From: a virus
Lineage: Duplodnaviria; Heunggongvirae; Uroviricota; Caudoviricetes
DNA: 64,000 nucleotides
Reading direction: 5' to 3' (one strand)
Virus record (IMG/VR): IMGVR_UViG_2529292922_000010
Shown: positions 22,572 to 32,616 of the stretch, piece after piece
How the letters are laid out: every line of letters begins with the position of its first letter
Numbering within the stretch: the stretch's first letter is position 1
The notes under the pieces: model-generated
The model's database searches: none
Told to the model about the DNA's origin: nothing
Seen by the model: the letters and a program-made list of their open reading frames with translations, nothing else
Program-made: the position numbers and the translations under genes

Positions 22572-23942
22572 TTAATAATCCTCTTGCCAGTCAGCACCAG
22601 CATAGTTATCAAACCGTGAGTATTGGCCGTTAAAAGCCAATCTCACCGTGCCAATTGGGCCATTTCGTTGCTTTCCGATAATTACCTCGGCAATGCCCTT
22701 CATTTCGCTATCCGGGTGATAAACTTCGTCGCGATACAGAAACATGATCAGGTCTGCGTCCTGCTCAATTGCTCCTGATTCACGTAAATCTGAATTTACC
22801 GGTCGTTTGTCCGCACGCTGTTCAAGCGATCGATTAAGTTGTGACAATGCCACCACCGGTACTTGTAATTCCTTCGCCAACGCCTTCAGTGAGCGAGAAA
22901 TCTCGGCAATTTCCAGCGTTCGGTTATCTTGCAGCTCGGGAACGCGCATAAGTTGCAGGTAGTCGATCATAATCATGCTCAAACCACCATTTTCTTTATA
23001 AACACGACGAGCGCGGGAACGAAGCTCTGTAGGTGTCAGGGCGCTTGAGTCATCAATAAAAATATTCTGCTTGTCCAACAGAATCCCCATTGCGCCAGAA
23101 ACCCGCGCCCAATCCTCGTCGTTAAGTTGCCCTGTTCGAATACGAGACTGATCAACGCGTGCAAGAGAAGCCAGTGAGCGCATCATCAGCTGGTGGCTCG
23201 GCATCTCAAGGCTAAAAACCAATACGGGCTTATCGTTACGGACTGCGGCATTTTCGACGAGATTCATCGCAAACGTAGTCTTCCCCATCGATGGGCGAGC
23301 GGCGACAATAATGAGATCGGACGCCTGAAGTCCTGCCGTCTTCTTATTGAGATCGGTAAATCCGGTATCAAGCCCCGTTACACCATCATGCGGTCGCTGA
23401 AAAAACTCTTCTATGCGAGATACCGTTGCATCGAGAATGCTGGCGATATCTTTTGGACCACTACCGCTCTTTTGTCGTTTTTCAGCTATTTCAAAAACGC
23501 GGCGCTCGGCCATATCCAGCAATTCATTGCTGCCCCGGCCATCCTGCGCATATCCAGCTTCGGCTATTTCATTTGCGACGGAAATCATTTCACGAACAAC
23601 CGCGCGTTCACGAACGATATCCGCATAAGCACAAATATTTGCCGCGCTGGGCGTGTTCTTTGACATCTCCGCAAGGTACGCAAAACCACCGGCGCGTTCT
23701 AATTTACCGTTCTGTTCAAGTGCTTCAGCAAGTGTTATCAAATCAATCGGTTTGCCATGACTTAATAACCTCTCCATCTCACTGAAAATTTCACGATGAG
23801 CACTGGTATAAAAATCATCAGCCACTATACGATCTGCAACTTCATCCCAGCGGCAGTTATCAAGCATTAAGCCACCAAGTACAGCTTGTTCTGCACTAAG
23901 GGAATTTGGCATGGATTCAAGAGGGGATGCAGACATTAACAC
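22572..23942 (-). CDS. ban: DnaB-family replicative helicase (Ban-type)
   Basis: 456 aa; Walker A ...SMGKTT..., DnaB C-terminal domain pattern. Confidence 0.9.
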   Translation of the reverse strand: MLMSASPLESMPNSLSAEQAVLGGLMLDNCRWDEVADRIVADDFYTSAHREIFSEMERLLSHGKPIDLITLAEALEQNGKLERAGGFAYLAEMSKNTPSAANICAYADIVRERAVVREMISVANEIAEAGYAQDGRGSNELLDMAERRVFEIAEKRQKSGSGPKDIASILDATVSRIEEFFQRPHDGVTGLDTGFTDLNKKTAGLQASDLIIVAARPSMGKTTFAMNLVENAAVRNDKPVLVFSLEMPSHQLMMRSLASLARVDQSRIRTGQLNDEDWARVSGAMGILLDKQNIFIDDSSALTPTELRSRARRVYKENGGLSMIMIDYLQLMRVPELQDNRTLEIAEISRSLKALAKELQVPVVALSQLNRSLEQRADKRPVNSDLRESGAIEQDADLIMFLYRDEVYHPDSEMKGIAEVIIGKQRNGPIGTVRLAFNGQYSRFDNYAGADWQEDY

Positions 23943-24217
23943 TCCACCCTGGTGTGCTGAATGTCAGATATAATCGGCATACTCAAATCACTCCTAACGA
24001 TATGAGTCATCACCAGAAAATCAGGATTAATGCGCCGGACTCTTCCCGGCTGTCACACCGAATCGCCAGGATGGTGAATCCGCAGTCCGACGCTATGAAC
24101 GGGGCTTGCACATTCCGGCTACCTGGTTTGTTGCCTGAGCTAGGGGAAAAGGTAACCCCTTTAACGTCACCAGACCGCTAACGACGCATGTGCCAGACGC
24201 CGTGTTACAACCAATTA

Positions 24218-24293
24218 TGGTGGCCCCTACCGGACTTGAACCGGTGACCGTGCGATTATGAGTCGCCAGCTCTAACCACTGAGCTAAAGGGCC
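24218..24293 (-). tRNA. tRNA-Ile (anticodon CAU, lysidine type); Met reading not excluded
   Basis: 76-nt cloverleaf ending CCA, anticodon loop CUCAUAA; very similar in form to E. coli ileX. Confidence 0.75.
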
Positions 24294-24320
24294 GGATTAC
24301 TGCCAATTTTGCTTACGCTT

Positions 24321-25148
24321 TTATTTCACCGGAACAAACGGAACAGCGGTATTACTGGTCATATACTGCGGTAATGTACCGTTCCATTTGTTGATCGCTT
24401 CCAACTCCATAACACCGGGGTTCTGGCGCAGAGCTTCACCACGTAAACGAATGGCATCAGCTTCGGCCTGGGCTTTTGTGCGAATAGCATCAGCCTGTCC
24501 GGCAGCTTCCGCGCGCAGCATGTTGGCCTCTGCTTCACGTTGTTTGACCTCTTGCTCGCGTTGCAGGGTTTTTTGGTTTGCCGTGACTTTGGCGTTAATA
24601 CTGTCAATAACTGTTGGCGGGTATTCTGGCTTACCTACATAAGAGAGGCTCATCACCTGAATGCCGATTGGCGTCATTTCTTCCTGAATGTCTTTAAGGG
24701 CTGCATCAAGCAATTCGGATTTGCCACCGTCGATAAATTTGTCGGTTGTCATTTTGCTGGCTAACCGGTTCAGAGCATCTGCAACCTTCTGGCGTAGATC
24801 GGTATCAGTAATATCATCTACACCTTTGCGATAGGTCTGAAATACCGTTGTGACTTTTGCTGGATCAACCTTGTAGGCTACGCCGATGTGGTAACCAATG
24901 GTTGTTCCGTCGCTCATCTGGAAGCTGAACGGCTCATCGTATGTCTTCATTTGCTTAAAGGTCGGGAAGATATAAACTTCAGTATTCAAGCCTGTCCAGT
25001 AGCGACCAACGCCAACTACTTCACCGATACCTTTATCATCCCCCAGCTTATTTACTTTGATCCCTACGTTACCTGGCTCTACCCGATCGCATCCGGTCAG
25101 ACATAAAGAACCCAAAATAATCGCTGCACTAATCAACGTTTTTTTCAT
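24321..25148 (-). CDS. plp: SPFH/band-7-like lipoprotein, 275 aa
   Basis: Signal peptide with lipobox LTGC; C-terminal coiled coil. Confidence 0.7.
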   Translation of the reverse strand: MKKTLISAAIILGSLCLTGCDRVEPGNVGIKVNKLGDDKGIGEVVGVGRYWTGLNTEVYIFPTFKQMKTYDEPFSFQMSDGTTIGYHIGVAYKVDPAKVTTVFQTYRKGVDDITDTDLRQKVADALNRLASKMTTDKFIDGGKSELLDAALKDIQEEMTPIGIQVMSLSYVGKPEYPPTVIDSINAKVTANQKTLQREQEVKQREAEANMLRAEAAGQADAIRTKAQAEADAIRLRGEALRQNPGVMELEAINKWNGTLPQYMTSNTAVPFVPVK

Positions 25149-25365
25149 TAATTAATTTCCTGGTTTTTTCACGAAAAAAGACTACTGCGAAAGCTGGGTA
25201 AATGAGCGCGAGAAGGACTCCCAACAATACAAGTATTGTGCTGTTAGATGAGATCATATTTGGCAAAAGCCAAACATACAGAACCAGTGACACAATCAAA
25301 CAGAGGACGGCATAAATATATAACCGCACCCATAGCGTTCGACATTTGTTCGGATTGTTCTGCAT
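25129..25365 (-). CDS. upl: Small two-TM membrane protein, 78 aa
   Basis: Overlaps plp start; position of P1 upl. Confidence 0.55.
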   Translation of the reverse strand: MQNNPNKCRTLWVRLYIYAVLCLIVSLVLYVWLLPNMISSNSTILVLLGVLLALIYPAFAVVFFREKTRKLINEKNVD

Positions 25366-25507
25366 CCTCTCACTCCATTATTTAACGAATAAAAAAGCTG
25401 CGGTGCTGGGTGCCTCCCGGTGTCCTTTGGCTGGTTATCCACCGTGGACGGGGAAACAAGGAGAAATGAATGGACTGATATAACCATTTCCCCGCGTGCG
25501 CTTAGCT

Positions 25508-25596
25508 GCATTCACCGCAACGGAAAGAGCATTCTTGGTGGACCTGTAGATTGGGATATGAACCCGTTACAGGAGAATGCTCTTACCTGTTACGTG
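25508..25596 (-). repeat. tRNA-linked hairpin element E1
   Basis: 13-bp outer stem enclosing GUAACGGGUUCAUAUCCCAAUCUAC core (T-arm-like); ends in CTTACCTGTTACGTG. Confidence 0.5.
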
Positions 25597-25768
25597 CTCC
25601 GTTTCGTGGAGCTAACGGCGGGTGATCGGGCCGCACCAGACTGGACTTATTTCAGCGTTATGCTCATGCCAGAGAATCAAACTGTGATGGTCGGTGCTGA
25701 ACTCCGACACAGGGTTGTAGCAAGCCCCGCAAAGCGCGCACTACTGTAGTTGCGGCACATCAGCCTGT

Positions 25769-25873
25769 GCATTCACCACAATGTTGAGAACACTGGTTGT
25801 CACGCTGCAACGCAACATTTATTCGTAGATTGGGATATGACCCCGTTACGCCAGTGTTCTCAACGTTGTAGTG
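25769..25873 (-). repeat. tRNA-linked hairpin element E2
   Basis: Different 14-bp outer stem (TTGAGAACACTGG/CCAGTGTTCTCAA) around the same core as E1. Confidence 0.5.
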
Positions 25874-26003
25874 CCGGTTACGGTTCCGGCCAGGCCTCTT
25901 CCTCAACGGGGTGTTCTCCATACGGACTACCGTTTATTGGTCGTTCCTGCGGTTTATGTTGTGAAGCCAGATGCTTATCTTCTGGTTGCTTCAAAGAGCT
26001 GCA

Positions 26004-26085
26004 CTTCATCACAACGGTAAGAGCACTCGATGCATTTAAGCCAAGCCCCATAAGGGAGAATGCCCTTACCTGTTGTGTTGTGATG
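26004..26085 (-). repeat. tRNA-linked hairpin element E3
   Basis: CATCACAACGGTAAG...CTTACCTGTTGTGTTGTGATG stem; different loop, no T-arm core. Confidence 0.45.
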
Positions 26086-26197
26086 ACCGGTGCTGATCTC
26101 CGGCTTGCGGTTATTTCAGACTCTCACGGGCGTTTAATTGCCCCGCCGAACAGCTCTTTTCCGCAATAGCTGCAATGTCTTTCGCGCATCAGCCTGC

Positions 26198-26292
26198 GCA
26201 TTCATCACAACGGTAAGGGTACTTCGTAGGGATTCGAACCCTCTGCCAAGCTCGGCGATCTCCGACGTCGCAAAATACCCTTACCTGTTGTG
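26198..26292 (-). repeat. tRNA-linked hairpin element E4 (tRNA-like, non-canonical)
   Basis: 10-bp stem GGTAAGGGTA/TACCCTTACC around AGGGTTCGAATCCCT (canonical T-loop); abuts 3' end of tRNA-Thr; does not fold as full cloverleaf. Confidence 0.5.
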
Positions 26293-26293
26293 C

Positions 26294-26369
26294 TGGTGCC
26301 GATTAACGGACTCGAACCGCTGACATCCTGCTTACAAGGCAGGCGCTCTACCAACTGAGCTAAACCGGC
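26294..26369 (-). tRNA. tRNA-Thr (anticodon UGU)
   Basis: 76 nt, canonical acceptor/D/T arms, ends CCA. Confidence 0.8.
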
Positions 26370-26371
26370 AT

Positions 26372-26447
26372 TGGCGATGGTGGATGGATTTGAACCATCG
26401 ACCCGTTGATTAACAGTCAACCGCTCTAACCGCTGAGCTACACCATC
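26372..26447 (-). tRNA. tRNA-Asn (anticodon GUU)
   Basis: 76 nt, 7-bp acceptor stem, ends CCA; 2 nt upstream of tRNA-Thr. Confidence 0.8.
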
Positions 26448-26912
26448 ACTTGCCGGGTACGTCTCCGGCGAGGGCTTCCACCTCCGTATGCTTTTCGGCG
26501 CACCGCGCCCTAGCTGCAATTCGGTAACAGGGGATGCACAACCCTGGCTTCCAGCGTGATTAGCGCCTTCAGCATGACGGGATATACCCGTAAATTCGTG
26601 GAACTGTACCCAAAGTGCTGTTAAGCACCGCTGTTACGCTGAAAAGAAGACGCAACAGGAAAGGACGCTGACCAACAGATGGCCCCTTCTCGTTCATCTG
26701 GTTAATCACACCAGCGCCCTTACCTGTTGTGCCTCCCCGTTCCCTAATACACAGACGGGGACACTCTGCGGTCGATTTTTTGACGGGGGACGACTCATAC
26801 CCCGTGGCGTCTGGCTTCTTAGGCCGCTACCATCATCAGATCATCGTTTGCATTTACTTTAATGGTCAGTTTTTAAACCGCCGCAAAGTCGCTAACCATG
26901 ACGAAAACCCTG

Positions 26913-26940
26913 AAAAAAAATGCCCACCCGAAGATGGGCA
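26913..26940 (-). terminator. Rho-independent terminator downstream of dmt
   Basis: Minus strand TGCCCA-loop-TGGGCA followed by U8. Confidence 0.6.
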
Positions 26941-27105
26941 AACTGGAAGCTCGTAACGCACTTCGGTGTTGCCACTTAGGCGTATGGTCAACCTGGCAAC
27001 TCGGCGTCATGATGGGGAAGGAGTCACTACCCCGCCATACTTGCCGCCGCGCCTGTCGCGGCTAACAGCTAAATCGCTCTATAAATCACGATTCATTGAG
27101 GCGAT

Positions 27106-27122
27106 ATTACACTAATAAATTT
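27106..27122 (+). promoter_or_regulatory. C1-repressor operator-like site (partner of overlapping pair)
   Basis: ATTACACTAATAAATTT (15/17); overlaps the minus-strand site by 6 bp. Confidence 0.5.
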
Positions 27123-27133
27123 ATTAGAGCAAT
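27117..27133 (-). promoter_or_regulatory. C1-repressor operator-like site, perfect consensus
   Basis: Minus strand ATTGCTCTAATAAATTT (17/17); overlaps dmt stop codon; faces the tRNA-ban block. Confidence 0.65.
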
Positions 27134-29547
27134 ACACCTAAAACGTCATGAGCTACACCTCGAGTATCCCCCTTACAAGACACAGAACGTCTGGCAAAAA
27201 GAGGTTCCACTCTGAAGCCACTGTCATGATAAAGCTCTCTGATATTTGGCGCGCCACTGTTAGTAATTAGAACCTTTGCACCTCGGCGATGAGCATCCGT
27301 CAACAGAGACACCAGGCGTTTTTGCTCTTCAAACTTAAAGTCATGACCGGAATAGTTCGTGAATCCCTCTGTATTTGGGAGCGGTTCATACGGCGGATCG
27401 CAAAAGATGACATCTCCTTCTCCGGCAGCTTCAATCACCGCAGCAAAATCACCACATACAAACTCAGAACGCCCTTCCGCACCAAGGAAGGCTCCCATCT
27501 CCTGCAATGGGAAATACGGAGTTTTATACTTCCCATAACCGACATTGAACTCACCGGCCTGGTTGTAACGCGTCAATCCGTTAAAACAATGTCGGTTCAG
27601 GAACAAAAACGCCGCTGCGCGATGTAAATCATCATAGACTTGTTTGTTAAACGCATTCCGTACTGCCAGGTATCCTTCCTGTGTGTTGTAGTCCTGGAAA
27701 AACCGATGTGCCAGTGTGATAAGTGAATGCGCCTCGCGTTGCAGAGTCTTGTAAAAGTTAATCAGGTCAGCATTCACATCATTTAGCAGATTTTCCTGGT
27801 ATCCGGCATTCATGAAGACAGCTCCGCCACCGACGAAAGGTTCAATCAGGCGCTTCCCTTCTGGCAAATAGCGAAAGATTTGTTCCAGAACACCAAATTT
27901 TCCACCAGCCCATTTGAATATGGACCGTTCGAATTCTGCCGCTGGTTTAACTTTTCGCTCTTTTGTTTCATTCCCTTCATTCTGCCGACATGCAGCCTTG
28001 GTAATCCGATCGCCAATCCAGCGCATTACTGGTATCGCCATACTATTGCCGATCGCTTTGTAACGCGGTCCGTCAGCTGCAAGCATCGCGGCCTCTTCTT
28101 CGCTTAAATCTGGATAGTGATTGCGAAGATATGCCAGTTCATCTGAATTAACTTTTTTACGCTTTTCCGTCGGGATCAACGTATGCACATCAGGAAAACC
28201 TTGCAGCCTTTCACATTCGATAGGGGTAAGACGGCGAACACTCATCATATGAGGTAAGTAACCATTATCACCTAATTCGCCTTTTTCAATACTTTTCTGC
28301 CCCCCAAAAGATAACGCAACGGCGTCAGCTGTAGCGCGGGAATCAAGAGTAAAACTTATCTCTTTTTGCCACCCTTTACCCTGCGGTCCAGCATCATCTT
28401 TTCGCCCAATTTGTGCATGTTGTAGCGAATACGCAACAGCTGGTGGGCATCCCGCGTTTTGATTGCTATTAGCAGAGTTACCAGCTCGTAAAGTTGGGGA
28501 AATCTCAACACCCGCATCCTGCCCATAATTTTTGCTTGTAAACGCAATAGTTTTCTTGCAAGAAAACACAATTGGAGCTTCATGATTACAAGTAAGAGTA
28601 GGTGATGTCCCATCATTTTTTATTTCTGCCCCCCCTTGCCCATGCGCCATGCAATACACAAGTCCGCTGCCTCGCTGCGCAAAAATCTCCTGGTTACTTG
28701 CACCGATCCCACCAGTATTGTGTGACTGGTTAAGTGTCGGGTGAGGATTTACAGGGTTATCCCAATGGCTCCCGCTTTTAATGCCATTTCCAACATTTCC
28801 GGCAACTTCCTTCCCCTCGCCTCTGCTCGGCGCAATATTCCGGCGCACGCCTTCGAACTCAAAAAGTACCGTTGCGGGATCGAGGTCTGTTCGAGCACTT
28901 GCGACAACAAACACGCGTCGGCGTCGTTGTGCCACTCCGAAGTATTGGGCATCAAGGATTCTCCAGGCCACCTTTCGCTGCGGTCCATAAATACAACCAC
29001 ACTGCGGCCACTTTGGAACATGGCAACCGGTTTTGCCATCCCACCGCCAGAACGCGTTGCTTTTTCCTGATTCAGGTCGATCACCTGGTTCAAATGGCAC
29101 ATCTTCTCCAGCCAATCCGGCAAGGAAACATCCGAAGGCGTTATCTGCCGATGACAAGACTCCTGGGACATTTTCCCAGACGATAACGGCTGGTTTGAGA
29201 AATGACTCAGCCCGTTTGTCGTCAATTGCATTTGCAAGCTCCACATACTTTAAAGTTAGCGCGCCACGCTCATCATCAAGCCCACCACCTAATCCCGCAA
29301 TACTGAATGCCTGACAAGGTGTTCCCCCGACGAGCACATCAGGGGATTCGATTTCCCCAGCCAAGACTTTTTGGGCAAGTTTTGTCATGTCGCCAAGGTT
29401 GGCGACATGGGGCCAGCGGTGCGCAAGAACGGCAGATGGAAAAGGCTCGATTTCAGCAAACCACGCCGGACGCATACCCAACGGTTCCCAAGCAATACTC
29501 GCGGCTTCAATTCCACTGCAAACAGATCCATAGCACAGCTCTTTCAC
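27124..29547 (-). CDS. dmt: Bifunctional DNA methyltransferase (C5-cytosine + Dam-like N6-adenine)
   Basis: 807 aa; N-terminal GTPCQAFS and ENV motifs; C-terminal FVGGGAVF and DPPY motifs. Confidence 0.85.
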   Translation of the reverse strand: MKELCYGSVCSGIEAASIAWEPLGMRPAWFAEIEPFPSAVLAHRWPHVANLGDMTKLAQKVLAGEIESPDVLVGGTPCQAFSIAGLGGGLDDERGALTLKYVELANAIDDKRAESFLKPAVIVWENVPGVLSSADNAFGCFLAGLAGEDVPFEPGDRPESGKSNAFWRWDGKTGCHVPKWPQCGCIYGPQRKVAWRILDAQYFGVAQRRRRVFVVASARTDLDPATVLFEFEGVRRNIAPSRGEGKEVAGNVGNGIKSGSHWDNPVNPHPTLNQSHNTGGIGASNQEIFAQRGSGLVYCMAHGQGGAEIKNDGTSPTLTCNHEAPIVFSCKKTIAFTSKNYGQDAGVEISPTLRAGNSANSNQNAGCPPAVAYSLQHAQIGRKDDAGPQGKGWQKEISFTLDSRATADAVALSFGGQKSIEKGELGDNGYLPHMMSVRRLTPIECERLQGFPDVHTLIPTEKRKKVNSDELAYLRNHYPDLSEEEAAMLAADGPRYKAIGNSMAIPVMRWIGDRITKAACRQNEGNETKERKVKPAAEFERSIFKWAGGKFGVLEQIFRYLPEGKRLIEPFVGGGAVFMNAGYQENLLNDVNADLINFYKTLQREAHSLITLAHRFFQDYNTQEGYLAVRNAFNKQVYDDLHRAAAFLFLNRHCFNGLTRYNQAGEFNVGYGKYKTPYFPLQEMGAFLGAEGRSEFVCGDFAAVIEAAGEGDVIFCDPPYEPLPNTEGFTNYSGHDFKFEEQKRLVSLLTDAHRRGAKVLITNSGAPNIRELYHDSGFRVEPLFARRSVSCKGDTRGVAHDVLGVLL

Positions 29548-30449
29548 TGTTTAGCCTCTCCACCAAGGGCATTTACCAGAGCATCAACCAGGCACGAAAT
29601 TTCACTGGTCAACAGGAAGAAATCTGCGTCCAGTCGCTGCGCAACATCTTCACTATCAATATCAGAGTTCTGCTCAAGCAATTCATCCGCAAATTTGACG
29701 CTGGTAAGGCTGAAGTTATGGTCCAGTGTAAATTTAATGCGGTTCTGCCAGTCGAGTGCCAACTTAGTGACGAGCTTGCCAGCTTCCAGGTGTGTGGAAA
29801 TTTCATCGCTTCCCAAATCCTGCTTTTTCACCCGGGCAATACCGCCATCCTCAAGCACTGCCTTAAGTTCTGCCGCATCCCCCATTTGAAATCCCTGTGG
29901 AGCACTACCATCACGTACCCAGTCGGTCAGCGTTAATTCAATGGGATTTTCAACACTCAGGGGAACAACAGGAAGAGAACCCAGAGACTTACGCATAAGC
30001 GCGAGCATATCCTCTGCCTGCCGCGCGCTGGCATTGATATAGATACGTTTAGTTGAACCGTCGTAGATCGCCTGGATAACAGAAAACTTTGAAAAAGCCC
30101 GTGGCAGAAGAGAATGCAGAACTTCGTCTTTCAGGGAGTCCTTCTCTGTTTTCTTCAGTTTACGCGCTTGTTCTTGCTCAAGTTTTTCAATTTTTTCTTG
30201 AATAGCTCGCTGGATAACCGGCGGGGGAAGAATTTTTGTTTCGCGCTTTGCTTCAACAAGGATAAAACCATTTCCATGCATAGCGATAACTTCGGAATTA
30301 TCACCAAATGGAGATACAAAACCGAACTTGGCCATATCCTGACTACCGCATGGCGTGAAAAGGATCATTTTCTTTTTATCTTCTAAGTCGGTCAGATCCG
30401 CCTCACGAGAAAGTTTATAAATAGTAATGTTTTTCCAGTGCTTAAACAT
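29544..30449 (-). CDS. hrdC: RdgC-like recombination-associated protein
   Basis: ATG 30449 ([13 protein letters not shown]...); [13 protein letters not shown] and overall pattern of E. coli RdgC; track ORF extends further upstream. Confidence 0.8.
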   Translation of the reverse strand: MFKHWKNITIYKLSREADLTDLEDKKKMILFTPCGSQDMAKFGFVSPFGDNSEVIAMHGNGFILVEAKRETKILPPPVIQRAIQEKIEKLEQEQARKLKKTEKDSLKDEVLHSLLPRAFSKFSVIQAIYDGSTKRIYINASARQAEDMLALMRKSLGSLPVVPLSVENPIELTLTDWVRDGSAPQGFQMGDAAELKAVLEDGGIARVKKQDLGSDEISTHLEAGKLVTKLALDWQNRIKFTLDHNFSLTSVKFADELLEQNSDIDSEDVAQRLDADFFLLTSEISCLVDALVNALGGEAKQ

Positions 30450-30798
30450 GTTGTAACCCTTGAATATCAACCACAGAAAGCTCGTCTTTGTAGAAAAAGG
30501 CCAGGTTGTGGCACCCCCTCGTTTGAGCGTATGAGCTGGGACCAATTTCGTTCTTCCAGACAAATGGCTTCAAATCCGTACGGCGAAGCATAAAAACGCG
30601 ATTTGTTCCGCTCTGATTCCCAATGAGGCAAAAGCCTTCTTTCACCTTGATAGCCTGCAAGTTGTCGAGTTCACCGCTGGTTACACGGCTATCGAACTCT
30701 TTGCGGCTTATTAGCTCCATCTGCATCTGACGACTCCAAACAAATGCCCATTGAAGGGCGATGGCTGAATGGTACCGAAAATACGACATAAAAAACAA
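30442..30798 (-). CDS. uhr: Hypothetical protein upstream of hrdC, 118 aa
   Basis: Stop overlaps hrdC start; operator overlaps its start codon; no RBS. Confidence 0.45.
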   Translation of the reverse strand: MFFMSYFRYHSAIALQWAFVWSRQMQMELISRKEFDSRVTSGELDNLQAIKVKEGFCLIGNQSGTNRVFMLRRTDLKPFVWKNEIGPSSYAQTRGCHNLAFFYKDELSVVDIQGLQHV

Positions 30799-30814
30799 TA
30801 TTTATTAGAGCAAT
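30798..30814 (-). promoter_or_regulatory. C1-repressor operator-like site
   Basis: Minus strand ATTGCTCTAATAAATAT (16/17). Confidence 0.55.
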
Positions 30815-30895
30815 TTTGCAATAGCTGAACCCCATGTAGACCACAAACAACCTGAGCTAAAATAACGAAAATCAGAGCAAATAATTGGTGATGAC

Positions 30896-31180
30896 GTGGC
30901 AAGTATTGCAACAAAAGACAGCATTTGTTCGGGGCACGGAGGATTCCCATCCAGGCCTCCTGTAGAGAGTGAACCACTACTTAAAGTCAACGGAGTCGAA
31001 GTGTTAGTTGATGGTAAGCAATATGCACAGCATACCGATGGAAACAGTACGCACGGTGGGCAAGCTATATCAACCAGGGCATGGTTTACCGTCAATGGTA
31101 AAGGGATCGTATGCGTTGGTGACCCTGTTTCATGCGGATCTACCGTAGCGTCCGGAGACGGCCTGGTTCAGGTAAGTTAG
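30896..31180 (+). CDS. PAAR-like small Gly/Cys-rich protein, 94 aa
   Basis: GTG start; HGG...VNGKGI...VGDPVSCG pattern resembles PAAR spike-tip proteins; tentative. Confidence 0.4.
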   Translation: MASIATKDSICSGHGGFPSRPPVESEPLLKVNGVEVLVDGKQYAQHTDGNSTHGGQAISTRAWFTVNGKGIVCVGDPVSCGSTVASGDGLVQVS

Positions 31181-31188
31181 GAGATATC

Positions 31189-31977
31189 ATGCTGGAAAAA
31201 GACTACCAGTTATCCGCATATAAAAAATTGGCCGCCGCCGGTGGGATGAAAACACCTGGTGCCATAACATCGGCACGAAACAGTGCTAACACAGCAAAAC
31301 TGCTTGCAGAAGAATTGACCGGATTAATTCTGGATACAATTGTCTATCCCGACACTATTACCAGCTATGTTTCAACGATCAGAACAACCACAACCGGCTT
31401 AACGAACATTGGAGAACTGGCAACTAAGCACGCGGACCTGTTGGCTGGTTATGCAGATCTGTCAATGCTGCTTCAACTCGATATTGGTTGGGATGTTTAC
31501 TGCCGTGCTAATGAGCGAGAAGTATCAGAACTGCCGATCTCTATTGCCATTGGTGATGTGACTATTACTAAATCGCTTGAGGACGCTGTAAACGCGCTTA
31601 ATACATCAAGTTTAGTCGCTGCTATGGGGGAGATTAACCAGACCCTTAACACTGGCTCAGGAAGCTCGTCAGGCTCTGGTTCAGGCGGCGGCACTGCCAC
31701 TCCCCCACCAGCACTAACAGAAGAGCAAATTGAATCTCTGAAAGTAGCAACTGAACAGTTTGGGGTTGTATTCAACCAGACAACAGCGCCCACAACTGCG
31801 TTACAACAGCAGTATGAACGAGCGAATGAAAGCGCCAATGTAGCCATAACTGCTTATAACCATGCTATCGGTACTGCGCTTGCGGAAGCATCAGCAAATA
31901 AGGCCAGCACAGCCAGCGCAGTTGCTGCTTTGGTTCCTGATTCTGTTCTTGATGAATTAAACAAAGCGGCACAGTAA
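31189..31977 (+). CDS. Hypothetical protein with Ser/Gly-rich linker, 262 aa
   Basis: ATG 31189 with AGGAG RBS. Confidence 0.5.
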   Translation: MLEKDYQLSAYKKLAAAGGMKTPGAITSARNSANTAKLLAEELTGLILDTIVYPDTITSYVSTIRTTTTGLTNIGELATKHADLLAGYADLSMLLQLDIGWDVYCRANEREVSELPISIAIGDVTITKSLEDAVNALNTSSLVAAMGEINQTLNTGSGSSSGSGSGGGTATPPPALTEEQIESLKVATEQFGVVFNQTTAPTTALQQQYERANESANVAITAYNHAIGTALAEASANKASTASAVAALVPDSVLDELNKAAQ

Positions 31978-32016
31978 CAAAGGACTTCATTGATAATTTT
32001 TCTTCAGGAGGAAGAC

Positions 32017-32439
32017 ATGTCATTCTTTTCTACGTTAAAAACAGCTTTGTCTTTGAAGGAGAAACTTGCTGCTACTGGTGTTCTTGTTCTGATTTGCGCA
32101 CTTGTTGGTGCTGGGTTTGCATGGGAACGTCATCAGCTAAAGCAAGCCATCGAGAAAATTGGCAGTCTTGATCAGGCTGTTAAGGAACGTGATAAGTCAA
32201 TAATGGATCTTAACCAGACCATTGAGACGATGAACAAAGCAGAGCAACATTTTCACAGCCAGGAAGTGAAAAATGAATCAGAACAAGCCAAATATGCTGA
32301 CAGGCAAATGGAACGAAAAGCTGAAGTTCAGAAACAACTGGTTGCGGCGGGTAATGTTCGCCAGCGCATTCCTGCTGACACTCAGCGGTTGCTCCGGGAG
32401 TCGATCAGCGAATTTAACGCCGACGCCGACAAAGGTTAA
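32017..32439 (+). CDS. i-spanin (Rz)-like protein, 141 aa
   Basis: AGGAGG RBS; N-terminal TM helix then coiled coil. Confidence 0.45.
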   Translation: MSFFSTLKTALSLKEKLAATGVLVLICALVGAGFAWERHQLKQAIEKIGSLDQAVKERDKSIMDLNQTIETMNKAEQHFHSQEVKNESEQAKYADRQMERKAEVQKQLVAAGNVRQRIPADTQRLLRESISEFNADADKG

Positions 32440-32605
32440 CCACCCTGCCCCCAAAAGTGCATTTATGTGCAGAATGCCAGAGTTTAGCAGTGAATATTTC
32501 GATGATCTGCCAGCGTATATCCTCGATACAGAAACGATGCTGATGGGGATTAACAGGAAGAATCGCAACGTTAATGATTACAACCGCGCTATCAGCGGTA
32601 ACTAA
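32294..32605 (+). CDS. o-spanin (Rz1)-like lipoprotein, overlapping frame
   Basis: Signal peptide with lipobox LTLSGC; starts inside and ends beyond the Rz-like gene. Confidence 0.4.
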   Translation: MLTGKWNEKLKFRNNWLRRVMFASAFLLTLSGCSGSRSANLTPTPTKVNHPAPKSAFMCRMPEFSSEYFDDLPAYILDTETMLMGINRKNRNVNDYNRAISGN

Positions 32606-32616
32606 AAGGGATTTTT

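Noticed and set aside
24180-24300. Integrase and attachment site next to the tRNA genes, or IS elements anywhere in the window
   Set aside because: No tyrosine or serine recombinase or transposase ORF and no flanking direct repeats were found; the tRNAs sit inside a phage operon and the element has its own replicon and partition system, consistent with a non-integrating plasmid prophage.
26198-26292. E4 as a fourth bona fide tRNA gene
   Set aside because: It has a canonical T-arm and a long terminal stem but no D-arm or anticodon arm in register and no CCA; kept as a tRNA-like repeat element.
26205-26519. 104-aa minus-strand ORF overlapping the tRNA-Thr/Asn genes
   Set aside because: It overlaps two canonical tRNA genes on the same strand and reads like translated structured RNA; spurious.
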